Shown here: piece after piece, positions 28,967-38,931 of the stretch
Position numbering within the stretch: position 1 is the first letter of the stretch
How the letters are laid out: each line of letters opens with the position of its first letter
From: Eubacteriales bacterium
GTDB lineage: Bacteria; Bacillota; Clostridia; Oscillospirales; QAKW01
Assembly: GCA_045657265.1 (NCBI GenBank)
Contig: JAZOSU010000015.1
Span: 7,826 to 71,825, forward strand
Direction: 5' to 3'
Length of the DNA: 64,000 bases
Made by a program: the position numbers and the translations under genes
The notes under the pieces: generated by a model
The model's input: the letters and a program-made list of their open reading frames with translations, nothing else
Databases searched by the model: none
What the model was told of the DNA's origin: nothing

Positions 28967-29807
28967 ATTCGGACCTGCAGGTAATTGCGAAATGTTTTAT
29001 GAAGCAGGGTATAAAAACACCTTTCAGATGCCTGAGTTTTTAGGTAGTATAGGACTTGATGCATACGAAGTGCAATGCGGTAGAGGTGTCAGAATGGGAG
29101 ACGATGCAGCAGAAAAACTCGCCTTGTCTGCTAAAGAAAACGATATATCTTTGTCCATTCACGCACCGTACTATATTTCGATGTCAAGCGTTGATGAAGA
29201 AAAGCGTATGGGCAGTATAAACTATATACTCCAAAGCGCCGCTCTTGCAAAAAAAATTGATGCAAAAAGAATAATAGTTCATAGCGGTTCATGTTCTAAA
29301 ATATCAAGAGAAGAAGCCCTTGAACTTGCACTTGATACGATGAAAAAAGCTGTTAATCAAATGGACGAGAACGGTTTTGCTGATATAAGTATTTGCCCCG
29401 AAACTATGGGGAAAATAAATCAGCTTGGAACGCTTTATGAAGTCATGGAACTTTGTAAGGTTGACGAGCGTATAATTCCGGCAATTGATTTCGGTCATCT
29501 TAATGCAAGGGAAGGCGGTATTCTTAAAACAGTAGCCGACTTTGAAAAAATTGTTGACACCATAGAAAAGGAACTCGGCGGATTTCGAGCTGAAAATTTT
29601 CACGTACATTTTTCTAAAATTGAGTATTCAGCAGGGGGAGAGAAAAAACATCTTACTTTTGAAGATAAAGTTTTTGGTCCCGAATTTGAGCCGTTTGCAG
29701 AAGTAATATATAAACGTAATCTTTCTCCTGTTATCATTTGCGAAAGCGCAGGAACTATGTCAAAGGATGCTTTGTATATGAAGAATTACTATAATTCGAT
29801 AAAATAA
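28959..29807 (+). CDS. xylose-isomerase-like TIM barrel protein (AP endonuclease family 2-like)
   Basis: 282 aa from ATG 28959, overlapping the yqeG stop by 8 nt. ...SIHAPYYISM..., IIVHSG, HVHFS metal-site-like motifs. Confidence 0.6.
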   Translation: MVKFGPAGNCEMFYEAGYKNTFQMPEFLGSIGLDAYEVQCGRGVRMGDDAAEKLALSAKENDISLSIHAPYYISMSSVDEEKRMGSINYILQSAALAKKIDAKRIIVHSGSCSKISREEALELALDTMKKAVNQMDENGFADISICPETMGKINQLGTLYEVMELCKVDERIIPAIDFGHLNAREGGILKTVADFEKIVDTIEKELGGFRAENFHVHFSKIEYSAGGEKKHLTFEDKVFGPEFEPFAEVIYKRNLSPVIICESAGTMSKDALYMKNYYNSIK

Positions 29808-29817
29808 TAAAATTTAC

Positions 29818-29846
29818 TTGAAAATAAAAGAATATTGTAGTACAAT
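29818..29846 (+). promoter_or_regulatory. candidate sigma-A promoter for efp (TTGAAA-17-TACAAT)
   Basis: -35 at 29818-29823, 17-nt spacer, -10 at 29841-29846. Confidence 0.5.
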
Positions 29847-29878
29847 ATGTGAAGAATATTTTGGAGGTAATTTATAAT

Positions 29879-30436
29879 ATGATTACAGCAGGTGATTTCA
29901 GAAACGGCGTGACTTTTGATATGGACGGTCAGGTTTTTCAGGTAATTGAATTCCAACACGTAAAACCAGGTAAAGGTGCCGCTTTCGTAAGAACTAAATT
30001 TAAAAACGTTATCACAGGTGCAGTGGTTGAAAAATCATTTAACCCTACAGATAAGTTTGAAAACGCTTATGTTGAAAGAAAAGAGTATGAGTATCTTTAT
30101 AACGATGGTGAACTCTACTACTTTATGGATAGCGAAACATATGAACAGCTTCCTCTTAATGCGGACAAACTTGGCGATAACTTCAGATTCGTAAAAGAAA
30201 ATGATGTTGTTAAAATTATGTCATACAAAGGCAACGTTTTCGGTGTTGAGCCACCTCTTTTTGTTGAACTTGAAGTTACAGATACTGAACCCGGCGTAAG
30301 AGGCGATACAGCTACTAACGTTACAAAACCGGCTACTCTTGAAACAGGTGCTGTTATTAAAGTTCCGATCTTCATCAATCAGGGTGAAAAAATCAGAATT
30401 GATACAAGAACCGGCGAGTACATGGAAAGAGCATAA
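29879..30436 (+). CDS. efp: translation elongation factor P
   Basis: 185 aa from ATG 29879, with GGAGG upstream. [15 protein letters not shown] loop containing the modified-Lys position. Confidence 0.95.
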   Translation: MITAGDFRNGVTFDMDGQVFQVIEFQHVKPGKGAAFVRTKFKNVITGAVVEKSFNPTDKFENAYVERKEYEYLYNDGELYYFMDSETYEQLPLNADKLGDNFRFVKENDVVKIMSYKGNVFGVEPPLFVELEVTDTEPGVRGDTATNVTKPATLETGAVIKVPIFINQGEKIRIDTRTGEYMERA

Positions 30437-30461
30437 TATTAGTCTAAGGGAGAATACGAAA

Positions 30462-30872
30462 ATGACTTTACTTGAAAGAGTATCATATATCCGTGGTCTT
30501 ATTGATGGTTTAAATCTTAATGAAAATGAACCCATAAACAAAATCGTTATTGAAATGGTAGATGTTCTTGATGAGATGGCAGCTACTATTGAAGATATGG
30601 ACGATTATATCGGTGAACTTGATGAATACATCGGTGAAATCGATGAAGACCTTGAAGCAGTTGAAGATTATCTTGATGAGTGTGACGAATATGATGAAGA
30701 GTGTGAAGATGATTTCTACTCTGTTATTTGTCCTAATTGCGGTGAACAGTTTTGTGTAGATGATGAAACTGCACAAAAAGGCGAACTTAATTGCCCTAAC
30801 TGCAATGAAGAACTTGAATTTGACCTTTCAGACTGTGAAGGTTGCGACTGTTGCGATTGCGACAACGAATAA
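30462..30872 (+). CDS. highly acidic zinc-ribbon protein
   Basis: 136 aa from ATG 30462 (AAGGGAG RBS). Long D/E-rich helix, CPNCG...CPNCN ribbon, Cys/Asp-rich tail DCEGCDCCDCDNE. Confidence 0.6.
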   Translation: MTLLERVSYIRGLIDGLNLNENEPINKIVIEMVDVLDEMAATIEDMDDYIGELDEYIGEIDEDLEAVEDYLDECDEYDEECEDDFYSVICPNCGEQFCVDDETAQKGELNCPNCNEELEFDLSDCEGCDCCDCDNE

Positions 30873-30885
30873 TCAAGACTTAATA

Positions 30886-30921
30886 AAAATATCCCAAGTG
30901 CAAATGCACTTGGGATATTTT
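30886..30921. terminator. bidirectional intrinsic terminator
   Basis: 16-bp perfect stem AAAATATCCCAAGTGC/GCACTTGGGATATTTT with a 4-nt loop, between convergent genes. Confidence 0.8.
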
Positions 30922-30968
30922 ATTGTAATATATCAAAGTTTCAGGGAACTTATCCGAGATTTTATGTT

Positions 30969-31607
30969 TTATATGTATTTTAATAATTCTTCGGGATGAT
31001 TTATACTGCCATCTGCATTTTCAAAAGGTTTGTTGCCGTAAAAACCCCATGCGGCACCGAGAGTTAAAACGTTTGCATTTTTACCTGTATCAATGTCGAC
31101 ACCGCTGTCACCGCAGTAAATGCAGTCATCAGATGTAAAACCGAATTTTGCTAAAATTTCAAAAAGCTGAGTTGTATCGGGTTTTATAGGTACACCGTCT
31201 TTTTGTCCGTAAACTGCATCAAATGTGTCGGGAAAATAACTTTTTACACAGTCTTTTACAATTTTATCCGGTTTGTTTGATAAAATACCGAGCTTAATAC
31301 CGTTTTCTTTAAGGTTTTTAAGAAGCTCTAAAATTCCATCGTAAGGTTTTACACCGTATGATCCGTTTTCTTTATAAAAATCAAGATAATCCGCTTTGAA
31401 ATCATCCAATAAATTTTGGTCAACACCAACATATTCAGTTAAACTTTTTAAAAGCGCATTGGCACCGTGACCGATAAAGTTTGGATATATATTTATATCT
31501 AAAGGTTTATATCCGTATTTTTTAAGCATTGTATTTCCACAATAAGCTATAGATTCTAATGTGTTTAGTAAAGTGCCGTCTAAATCAAAAATGGCGATTT
31601 TTTTCAT
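30969..31607 (-). CDS. HAD-superfamily hydrolase (phosphoglycolate phosphatase-like)
   Basis: 212 aa from ATG 31607. FDLDGTL, SNK, GDSGVD HAD motifs. Confidence 0.8.
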   Translation of the reverse strand: MKKIAIFDLDGTLLNTLESIAYCGNTMLKKYGYKPLDINIYPNFIGHGANALLKSLTEYVGVDQNLLDDFKADYLDFYKENGSYGVKPYDGILELLKNLKENGIKLGILSNKPDKIVKDCVKSYFPDTFDAVYGQKDGVPIKPDTTQLFEILAKFGFTSDDCIYCGDSGVDIDTGKNANVLTLGAAWGFYGNKPFENADGSINHPEELLKYI

Positions 31608-31672
31608 TTGATTTCTCCAATTTGTGAATTTTAGGTATTTTATCATATTGATGTTGTTATGTCAATTTTGCG

Positions 31673-31701
31673 TTGAAAAAAGCACTTATATTTGTTATAC
31701 T
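31673..31701 (+). promoter_or_regulatory. candidate sigma-A promoter for uvrC (TTGAAA-17-TGT-TATACT)
   Basis: -35 at 31673-31678, 17-nt spacer, extended -10 with TATACT at 31696-31701. Confidence 0.5.
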
Positions 31702-31727
31702 GTTAATTAATGCAGGAGGTGATTTCT

Positions 31728-33530
31728 ATGAATAAAAATATTCGGGACAAATTGTCTGTTCTTACATCATCCCCCGGTGTGTATATAATGAAAAATCAGA
31801 ATGATGAAATTATATATATTGGTAAAGCTAAAAATCTTAAAAACCGCGTTAGTCAGTATTTTGTTGCAAATTCAAATCATTCTTTAAAAGTTCTTAGAAT
31901 GATATCCAATATTGAAGATTTTGAATATATAGTAACGGGATCTGAAATTGAAGCGCTTATACTTGAAAATAATCTTATAAAAGAACATAAACCGAAATAC
32001 AACATTCTTTTAAAGGATGACAAAACTTATCCGTATATTTCTCTTGATAAAAAAAGTCCTTACCCGAGATTTAATCTCGCAAGACGTAGAAATAACAATG
32101 ATTTAAGATATTTCGGACCGTTTAAATCGTCAGCTTCTGTATGGGAAATAATCCGTACTGTAAATTCTTTGTTTGGACTATATAGCTGTAAACATAAATT
32201 TCCTCAGGAATTCAGCAAATTCCGTCCCTGCCTTAATTATCATATCGGAAAATGTGATGGTATCTGTACAGGAAATATATCTGAAACGGAATATAAAAAG
32301 AATATAGAAAAAGCCGTAATGTTTCTTAGTGGTGATTATAAGTATCTGCTTTCACAGCTTCAGAGCGAAATGGAATCTTATTCTGAAAACCTTGAGTTTG
32401 AAAAAGCTGCGTCAGTAAGGGATAGAATAAATAGCATAAAACGACTTGAATCAAAACAGATTATAGTTACCTCTCCCAATGTAAACAGAGATATTATTGC
32501 ATATTCACAGCTTGATAATGATATTTGTTTTTCTGTTATGCATATACGTATGGGTAAACTTATATTTCAGGATACACTTTTTGTAACAGATTCAGTTGAA
32601 GATATTATGGGAGTGTTCATTGAACGTTATTATCAGCAAAAAGATATAATACCAAAAGATATAGCAGTTTCGGTTATGCCTGAAAATGCAGAGCTTCTTT
32701 CAGAATGGCTGACAAAACAAAAAGGGTCAAACGTTAAAATTTTTAAAGCTCAGAAAGGCGAAAATCAGAAACTTGTTGATCTTTGTATGAAAAATGCCGC
32801 AGAAAAATTAGCTGATAAAAAATCAAACGGAATTCGTACCAATAAACTGATGCTTCAGATTTCTCAGATGCTCGGTCTTTCATCTGTTCCATCAAGATTT
32901 GAAATGTATGACATTTCAAATTTCGGGTCTGACAGTATTGTGGGCGGTATGATAGTTTGGCAGGATGGCCGCTTTAAACGTTCTGACTATAAGAAATTCA
33001 AATTTGAACAAGCTGTTATGTCGGATGACTATAAATATACTTATGAAATGATAGAAAGACGCTTAAAACGTCTTGATATCGCTTCAGAAGGCTTTGAAGA
33101 AAAACCTGATATCATTTTTGTTGATGGCGGATTAGGACATATAAACGCAGTTTTACCGCTTTTTAAAGATAGGGATATTAAAGTTTTTGGTCTTGTGAAA
33201 GATAGAAAACATAAAACCAGAGCAATAGTGAGCAAAGATGGGGAAGTGGATTTGAGAACCAACCCTGCAGTCTTTAAGTTTTTTACCCTTTTGCAAGATG
33301 AGGTTCATAGATTTGCGATAACATATATGAGTAAAAACAAAAAAACTAAAATGCTTAGTTCTGAACTTATGGGTATTGAGGGCGTAGGAAAAGAAAGATA
33401 TAAAGCTTTGATGGATAAATTCAAAACTGTCGAGAAAATTAAAAAAGCATCACCTGAACAGCTTGCAGAAACCAAAGGAATATCTTTGTCTCTGGCACAA
33501 AAGATTTATGATTATTTTAATGAGGTTTAA
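31728..33530 (+). CDS. uvrC: excinuclease ABC subunit C
   Basis: 600 aa from ATG 31728 (GGAGG RBS). GIY-YIG (GVYIMKN..IIYIGKAKNLKNRV), UVR domain, C-terminal HhH. Confidence 0.95.
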   Translation: MNKNIRDKLSVLTSSPGVYIMKNQNDEIIYIGKAKNLKNRVSQYFVANSNHSLKVLRMISNIEDFEYIVTGSEIEALILENNLIKEHKPKYNILLKDDKTYPYISLDKKSPYPRFNLARRRNNNDLRYFGPFKSSASVWEIIRTVNSLFGLYSCKHKFPQEFSKFRPCLNYHIGKCDGICTGNISETEYKKNIEKAVMFLSGDYKYLLSQLQSEMESYSENLEFEKAASVRDRINSIKRLESKQIIVTSPNVNRDIIAYSQLDNDICFSVMHIRMGKLIFQDTLFVTDSVEDIMGVFIERYYQQKDIIPKDIAVSVMPENAELLSEWLTKQKGSNVKIFKAQKGENQKLVDLCMKNAAEKLADKKSNGIRTNKLMLQISQMLGLSSVPSRFEMYDISNFGSDSIVGGMIVWQDGRFKRSDYKKFKFEQAVMSDDYKYTYEMIERRLKRLDIASEGFEEKPDIIFVDGGLGHINAVLPLFKDRDIKVFGLVKDRKHKTRAIVSKDGEVDLRTNPAVFKFFTLLQDEVHRFAITYMSKNKKTKMLSSELMGIEGVGKERYKALMDKFKTVEKIKKASPEQLAETKGISLSLAQKIYDYFNEV

Positions 33531-33536
33531 TTTATT

Positions 33537-34091
33537 ATGATGAGAATAATTTCAGGCAGCCGCAGAGGAAAAAAACTAAATACTTTAGAGGGTGAAAATA
33601 CAAGACCAACCCTTGAAAGAGTAAAACAAGCTTTTTTTAATGCTATACAGTTTGATATAGCAGGAAGAAAAGTGCTTGATTTGTTTGCAGGAAGCGGTCA
33701 GCTTGGACTGGAAGCTTTGTCAAGAGGTGCGCAGTTTTGTTATTTTAACGATATGTCTTCTCAGGCAGTATCAATTATCGAAAAAAATATAAATTGCTGT
33801 AATTTTGGACAAATGTCTCAAGTTACTTGCAAATCTTATATTGATTGTGTTAAAATTATAAAAGATAGGGGAGATAGGGTATCTTTGGTTTTTCTTGATC
33901 CCCCATATGGTAAAAATCTGGTTAATGATGCACTTTTGCAATTAAGAGAATTTGATGTATTGGAAGACGATTTTATTATTGTTTGCGAAAGTTCTGTTTC
34001 TGATGAAATTAATTGCGAAGGTTTTGAACTTTATAGAGAATATAAATATTCTGATATTAAAATTACTATCTTAAAAACGAAAGAGAGTTAA
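33537..34091 (+). CDS. rsmD: 16S rRNA (guanine966-N2)-methyltransferase RsmD
   Basis: 184 aa. DLFAGSGQLGLEALSRGA SAM motif and DPPY. Confidence 0.88.
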   Translation: MMRIISGSRRGKKLNTLEGENTRPTLERVKQAFFNAIQFDIAGRKVLDLFAGSGQLGLEALSRGAQFCYFNDMSSQAVSIIEKNINCCNFGQMSQVTCKSYIDCVKIIKDRGDRVSLVFLDPPYGKNLVNDALLQLREFDVLEDDFIIVCESSVSDEINCEGFELYREYKYSDIKITILKTKES

Positions 34092-34092
34092 T

Positions 34093-34584
34093 ATGGAAAG
34101 AAGCGCAGTTTATCCCGGTTCTTTTGATCCTATAACAAAAGGACATCTTGATATAATTAAACGTTCGTCTAAAATGTTTGACAAACTTTACATTTCTGTT
34201 CTTAACAATTCTTCCAAAAAATGTAGTTTTACTATAGAAGAACGAATGGAAATGCTTAGAAAATGTACGGCAGACATTCCAAATGTAGAAGTTTGTACGT
34301 TTAATGGTCTTTTGGTTGAACATGCTAAAGAACTTGGAGTTATTGCAATAGTAAGAGGCCTTCGTGCCGTTACTGATTTTGAATATGAATTTCAAATGGC
34401 TTTGACAAATAGAAAATTACACAAGCAAATTGAAACAACGTTTCTTGTTACAAATGCTAAATATGTTTATTTGTCATCAAGCATAGTTAAAGAAATTGCT
34501 TCTAACGGTGGGGATATTACTGATTTTGTTCCGCCGATTGTATTAGAGGATATTGAACAAAGATTAAAAAAACAGAAAGGGTAA
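34093..34584 (+). CDS. coaD: phosphopantetheine adenylyltransferase
   Basis: 163 aa. AVYPGSFDPITKGHLDII. Confidence 0.95.
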   Translation: MERSAVYPGSFDPITKGHLDIIKRSSKMFDKLYISVLNNSSKKCSFTIEERMEMLRKCTADIPNVEVCTFNGLLVEHAKELGVIAIVRGLRAVTDFEYEFQMALTNRKLHKQIETTFLVTNAKYVYLSSSIVKEIASNGGDITDFVPPIVLEDIEQRLKKQKG

Positions 34585-34590
34585 ACTATT

Positions 34591-35043
34591 ATGGATTTTG
34601 AAGAAATACTTAACGCGTTAGAGGACTTGGTTGAAAATTCCTGGACATTGCCGATGTCAGGTGGCAGAACTGTTGTGGACAGTGCGCAGATTCTTGAATT
34701 TGTAAAAGAAATGCGTCTTAATCTCCCTGAAGAGATGAAACGTTCTAAGAAAATAATTAAAGAACGTGATGACATTATTACCCGCGCAAGAGCTGAAGCA
34801 GAAGGAATTATTGTTGCAGCACAGGTACAGGCAAAACATCTTGTTTCTGAACAGGAAATATACAAAAATGCACAGATTAAATCTAATGAAATAGTTGCAA
34901 ACGCTCAGAGTGCTGCTAAAGATTTACGTAGTGCTACTATTGATTATTGTGATAATGTTCTTAAGAAAACAGAAGATACTCTTAAAAAAGGTTATGACAG
35001 TATTGCAGAGACAAGAAAGAACATAAGAAAGTCTGAAAAATAA
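34591..35043 (+). CDS. conserved hypothetical coiled-coil protein
   Basis: 150 aa, predicted mostly helical and charged. I cannot name a family. Confidence 0.5.
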   Translation: MDFEEILNALEDLVENSWTLPMSGGRTVVDSAQILEFVKEMRLNLPEEMKRSKKIIKERDDIITRARAEAEGIIVAAQVQAKHLVSEQEIYKNAQIKSNEIVANAQSAAKDLRSATIDYCDNVLKKTEDTLKKGYDSIAETRKNIRKSEK

Positions 35044-35774
35044 TGAACAAAATAATGGGCCGCGTTTATGCACTGGATATTTTGCGCGGAATTGCAGTTA
35101 TAGGAATGGTATTTCACCATTCTCTTGTTTCTGCTGAAATTGTTTTTGATACCACATTTGATATTCTGTCAACAAAAGCTTTTGAAATAGTTCAGCTTTT
35201 GTTTGTTATGATTTTTTTATTGGTCTCAGGTATTTGTACAAATTATAGTCGCAATATTATAAAACGAGGCTTGATTGTAACAGGAGCTGCATTGGTTGTA
35301 TCTTTTGCTACCTGTGTTGTTATGCCTTATATGGGAATAACGGGACTAAATATTTATTTCGGTATTCTTCATATGTTCGGGCTTTCAATGCTGATTTTTG
35401 GTTTGCTTGAAAAAGCATTTAAAAAAATCAATCCTGTTTTCGGAATGATTCTTTTTACAGTTTTGTTCTTTGTTTATTATGCATACTATAAAACAGAACC
35501 TATAGGCTCTTCGTATATCCTTATGGCTTTTGGAGTATTGCATGAGGATATAACGTCGTACGGAGACTATTATCCGCTATTGCCCTATTTCTTTATGTTT
35601 ATAACAGGCACATATTTAGGAATTTTTGTAAAAAGGCGCAGTTTTCCTGATTGGTTTTATAATTTGCGGTGTGCGTTTTTTGAAAAATGCGGTAAATATT
35701 CTCTTTGGGTTTATATTGTACATCAACCGATTATTTTCGGTGCATTTTATTTAATTTCAATGATAAAAGGCTGA
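35043..35774 (+). CDS. DUF1624-like membrane acyltransferase-family protein
   Basis: 243 aa, polytopic. N-terminal LDILRGIAVIGMVFHH signature. Confidence 0.6.
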   Translation: MNKIMGRVYALDILRGIAVIGMVFHHSLVSAEIVFDTTFDILSTKAFEIVQLLFVMIFLLVSGICTNYSRNIIKRGLIVTGAALVVSFATCVVMPYMGITGLNIYFGILHMFGLSMLIFGLLEKAFKKINPVFGMILFTVLFFVYYAYYKTEPIGSSYILMAFGVLHEDITSYGDYYPLLPYFFMFITGTYLGIFVKRRSFPDWFYNLRCAFFEKCGKYSLWVYIVHQPIIFGAFYLISMIKG

Positions 35775-35778
35775 CGAT

Positions 35779-36465
35779 TTATTCGTCAGCCTTTTTCTGT
35801 AACAAATCCGGTCTCATTTTTTGAGTAATTAGCAAACTTTGTTCTGCTTTCCATTTTTCTATGTTAGCATGATGACCTGAAAGAAGTATGTCAGGTACTC
35901 TTTTGCCGTTCCATTCCTCAGGTCTTGTATATTGCGGATGTTCAAGTAATCCGCTGAAATGACTCTCGTTTTCAAAAGCTTCTTGTGCCGCTAAAACACC
36001 GTCAATCATTCTTCCGACAGAATCAATGAGAACACAAGCACCAAGTTCACCACCGGTCAGAACATAATCACCGATAGATATTTCTTCATCAACTATTTCA
36101 TCTAAAATGCGTTGATCTATCCCTTCGTAATGTCCGCATAAAATTACTATTCTGTCTTTCTTTGAAAGTTCTACAGCTTTTTTCTGTGTAAGAACTTTAC
36201 CTTTAGGAGACATATATATAGTATGAACTTTATCTTGTTTGACAATGTCATTATAGCAATCGTAGATGGGTTGGCATTGCATTACCATTCCGTAACCACC
36301 GCCATATGGATAATCGTCAACTCTGCGATGTTTGTCGGTTGTATAATCACGTATGTCAACTGCATTTACAGTAAGTATCCCTTTGCTTATTGCCCGACCG
36401 ATTATACTTTCTCCGGTTACTGTTTTAATCAAGTCCGGAAAAAGCGTCATTACATCAAATCTCAT
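35779..36465 (-). CDS. trmD: tRNA (guanine37-N1)-methyltransferase
   Basis: 228 aa. MRFDVMTLFP..., CGHYEGIDQR, SIGDYVLTGGE motifs. Confidence 0.96.
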   Translation of the reverse strand: MRFDVMTLFPDLIKTVTGESIIGRAISKGILTVNAVDIRDYTTDKHRRVDDYPYGGGYGMVMQCQPIYDCYNDIVKQDKVHTIYMSPKGKVLTQKKAVELSKKDRIVILCGHYEGIDQRILDEIVDEEISIGDYVLTGGELGACVLIDSVGRMIDGVLAAQEAFENESHFSGLLEHPQYTRPEEWNGKRVPDILLSGHHANIEKWKAEQSLLITQKMRPDLLQKKADE

Positions 36466-36971
36466 TCAAATAACCCTTTCAAAGGTTTAATTAAAATAAC
36501 ACCTTTTTCGATGTCAATTTCTTTTACTACATCATCAATTTTAGGAATTAAAAGTGTTTTATTTTCTGAAGCTATTTCAAAAACATCGTTTGCGCCTGTT
36601 TCGATGACATTGATTACTTTACCGTATTTTTCACCGGTATCAATATCATAAACAATAAGACCTTTTATATCTTCTATAAAATATCTTCCATCTTCAAGTT
36701 CAACTTCATTTTTGTCAATGTATACAAGTTTGCCGACAAGCATTTCGGCTTCGTTTATGCTGTTGACACCATCAAATTTAATTAATGCCTGTCCTTTGTG
36801 GACTCTTGATGAAATTACGTCATATATTTCATTTTCTACATATAACGAATCAAATTCGCACAAAAACTCCGCGTCGTCACAGTAAGGGTAAATTCTCACT
36901 TCTCCGCGAAGTGAATGAGTATTGACAATTTTTCCTGCTTTAAGTAAATCTGTTTTCACATTAAACCTCAT
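36462..36971 (-). CDS. rimM: 16S rRNA processing protein RimM
   Basis: 169 aa. ...GKIVNTHSLRGEVRIY... Positioned between khpA and trmD; ATGA overlap with trmD. Confidence 0.9.
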   Translation of the reverse strand: MRFNVKTDLLKAGKIVNTHSLRGEVRIYPYCDDAEFLCEFDSLYVENEIYDVISSRVHKGQALIKFDGVNSINEAEMLVGKLVYIDKNEVELEDGRYFIEDIKGLIVYDIDTGEKYGKVINVIETGANDVFEIASENKTLLIPKIDDVVKEIDIEKGVILIKPLKGLFE

Positions 36972-36982
36972 ATAATTAACTG

Positions 36983-37015
36983 TAAAAAATAAAGGAAGGT
37001 GATATAAACCTTCCT
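36983..37015 (-). terminator. possible intra-operon attenuator hairpin
   Basis: Minus-strand RNA: AGGAAGG-9 nt-CCUUCCU followed by UUAUUUUUU, between khpA and rimM. Confidence 0.35.
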
Positions 37016-37027
37016 CGCAAAATTCGG

Positions 37028-37255
37028 TTATCTGATTTCAACTATAACCTTTTTTGTTAATTTGTATGATGCTGATTTAACAATAGAACGTATTGCTTTT
37101 GCAATTTTACCGTGTTTACCGATAACTCTACCCATATCGTCAGGAGCAACACTTAAAGTAAATACTATAGCATCTTCTGTTTCGTGCTGCTCAACTGTTA
37201 CAGCATCAGGCTGATCAACAAGTGACTGTGCAAGGTAAATAATTAATTCTTTCAT
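37028..37255 (-). CDS. khpA: KH-domain RNA-binding protein (YlqC/KhpA type)
   Basis: 75 aa. GRVIGKHGKIAKAIR (GxxG KH motif). Conserved position after rpsP. Confidence 0.8.
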   Translation of the reverse strand: MKELIIYLAQSLVDQPDAVTVEQHETEDAIVFTLSVAPDDMGRVIGKHGKIAKAIRSIVKSASYKLTKKVIVEIR

Positions 37256-37282
37256 CTTAAAATTCCATTTCTAAATAACAAA

Positions 37283-37525
37283 TTAAAGTACACCTTGCTT
37301 TTTGAGCAATGCTTTAACTGTATCTGTGGGCTGAGCGCCGTTTTTGATCCAGTTTTTAGCTTTATCAGCATCAATTGTTACTGTTGAAGGCTCTGTACAG
37401 GGATTGTATGTGCCGATTTCCTCAATAAATCTACCGTCACGGGGATATCTTGAATCAGCAACAACGATTCTGTAAGTAGGAGCTTTTTTAGCGCCAAGTC
37501 TTCTAAGTCTGATTTTAACTGCCAT
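37283..37525 (-). CDS. rpsP: 30S ribosomal protein S16
   Basis: [26 protein letters not shown]... Confidence 0.96.
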   Translation of the reverse strand: MAVKIRLRRLGAKKAPTYRIVVADSRYPRDGRFIEEIGTYNPCTEPSTVTIDADKAKNWIKNGAQPTDTVKALLKKQGVL

Positions 37526-37579
37526 TTTTTCTTTCTCCTTTCCTGTTTTTAACAGTAATTAAATTACTATCGTTTTTTG

Positions 37580-38908
37580 TTATAGACCAAATCCGCGAAG
37601 AAAATTCTTATTTTTCTTTTTGGAGTTTAGTTGCTTAAATAATTTGTTCATCTGTTCAAACTGTTTTAAAAGTCTGTTTACCTGTTCGACAGATGTACCG
37701 CTTCCTGAAGCAATTCTGCGTCTTCTGGATGCGTTTATTATAGAAGGCTTTTCTCTTTCCTGAACTGTCATTGAAAGGATAATAGCCTCTGTTTTAGCCA
37801 TTTGTTTTTCATCAACTGTTGCGCCTTTTAAAGCGTTAGACGCACCGGGAATCATTCCTATCAGATTTTCAAGTGGGCCCATTTGTTTAATTTGCTTCAT
37901 CTGATTGAGAAAATCTGTCAAAGTAAAAGCGTTATCACGCATTTTTTGCTCAAGCTCAATTGCTTGTTTTTCATCAAAAGCAGCCTGAGCTTTGTCAATA
38001 AGCGTTAATACGTCACCCATACCTAATATTCTGGATGCCATTCTGTCAGGATAAAAAGGTTCAATATCCGCCATTTTTTCACCAATACCTGCAAACTTAA
38101 TTGGCTTTCCGGTAATGTGTTTAACAGATAGAGCAGCGCCACCTCTTGTATCACCGTCAAGTTTTGTAAGTACTACACCGTCAATGTCTAAAAGTTCGTT
38201 AAACTTTTCGGCTATGTTAACAGCATCCTGACCAGTCATTGCATCAACAACTAACAGTATTTCGCTGGGGTTAACTTCTTTTTTTATATCAATAAGCTCA
38301 TTCATAAGCTCATCGTCAATATGAAGACGTCCGGCAGTATCAATAAAAACAATGTCATTGCCGTGTTTTTTTGCATGTTCGATACCTGCTTTTGCAATTT
38401 TAACAGGATTTTTTTCACCGTCAATTTTAAAAACAGGAATATCAACAGATTCACCGACAATACAAAGCTGACTGATAGCAGCAGGACGATATACGTCACA
38501 TGCCACCAATAACGGACGTTTGTTCTGTTTTTTAAAATATCCCGCAAGTTTTCCACAGTGGGTAGTTTTACCTGTACCCTGAAGACCAACCATCATAACT
38601 ATAGTAGGTGGGGAAGAGGAAATTTTAATTTTTGAAACCTCTGAACCCATAAGAGCGGTCAGTTCTTCGTTAACTATTTTAATAACTTGTTGAGATGGTG
38701 TAAGACTTTCAAGAACCTCACTGCCGACACAACGCTCGGAAACAGAAGCGATAAACTCTTTAACAACTTTAAAACTAACGTCAGCTTCAAGCAAAGCAAG
38801 TTTAATTTCTCGCATAGCAACTTTTATGTCGTCGTTCGAAAGTTTACCTTTTCGTTTTAAGTTTTTAAAAGCCTGCGATAATTTATCAGCAAGTCCTTCA
38901 AATGCCAT
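37580..38908 (-). CDS. ffh: signal recognition particle protein Ffh
   Basis: 442 aa. GLQGTGKTT, DTAGR, TKLDGDTRGGAALS; Met-rich M domain. Confidence 0.97.
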   Translation of the reverse strand: MAFEGLADKLSQAFKNLKRKGKLSNDDIKVAMREIKLALLEADVSFKVVKEFIASVSERCVGSEVLESLTPSQQVIKIVNEELTALMGSEVSKIKISSSPPTIVMMVGLQGTGKTTHCGKLAGYFKKQNKRPLLVACDVYRPAAISQLCIVGESVDIPVFKIDGEKNPVKIAKAGIEHAKKHGNDIVFIDTAGRLHIDDELMNELIDIKKEVNPSEILLVVDAMTGQDAVNIAEKFNELLDIDGVVLTKLDGDTRGGAALSVKHITGKPIKFAGIGEKMADIEPFYPDRMASRILGMGDVLTLIDKAQAAFDEKQAIELEQKMRDNAFTLTDFLNQMKQIKQMGPLENLIGMIPGASNALKGATVDEKQMAKTEAIILSMTVQEREKPSIINASRRRRIASGSGTSVEQVNRLLKQFEQMNKLFKQLNSKKKNKNFLRGFGL

Positions 38909-38931
38909 AGTTTCTCCTTAATAACAATAGT

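Noticed and set aside
36223-36651. 142-aa plus-strand ORF spanning the trmD/rimM junction
   Set aside because: Antisense to two well-supported genes and crosses their overlap. No motif. Shadow ORF. The same reasoning applies to 57086-57508, 57689-58021, 3840-4265, 11000-11386, 26295-26726 and the many 60-100 aa overlapping ORFs in the track.
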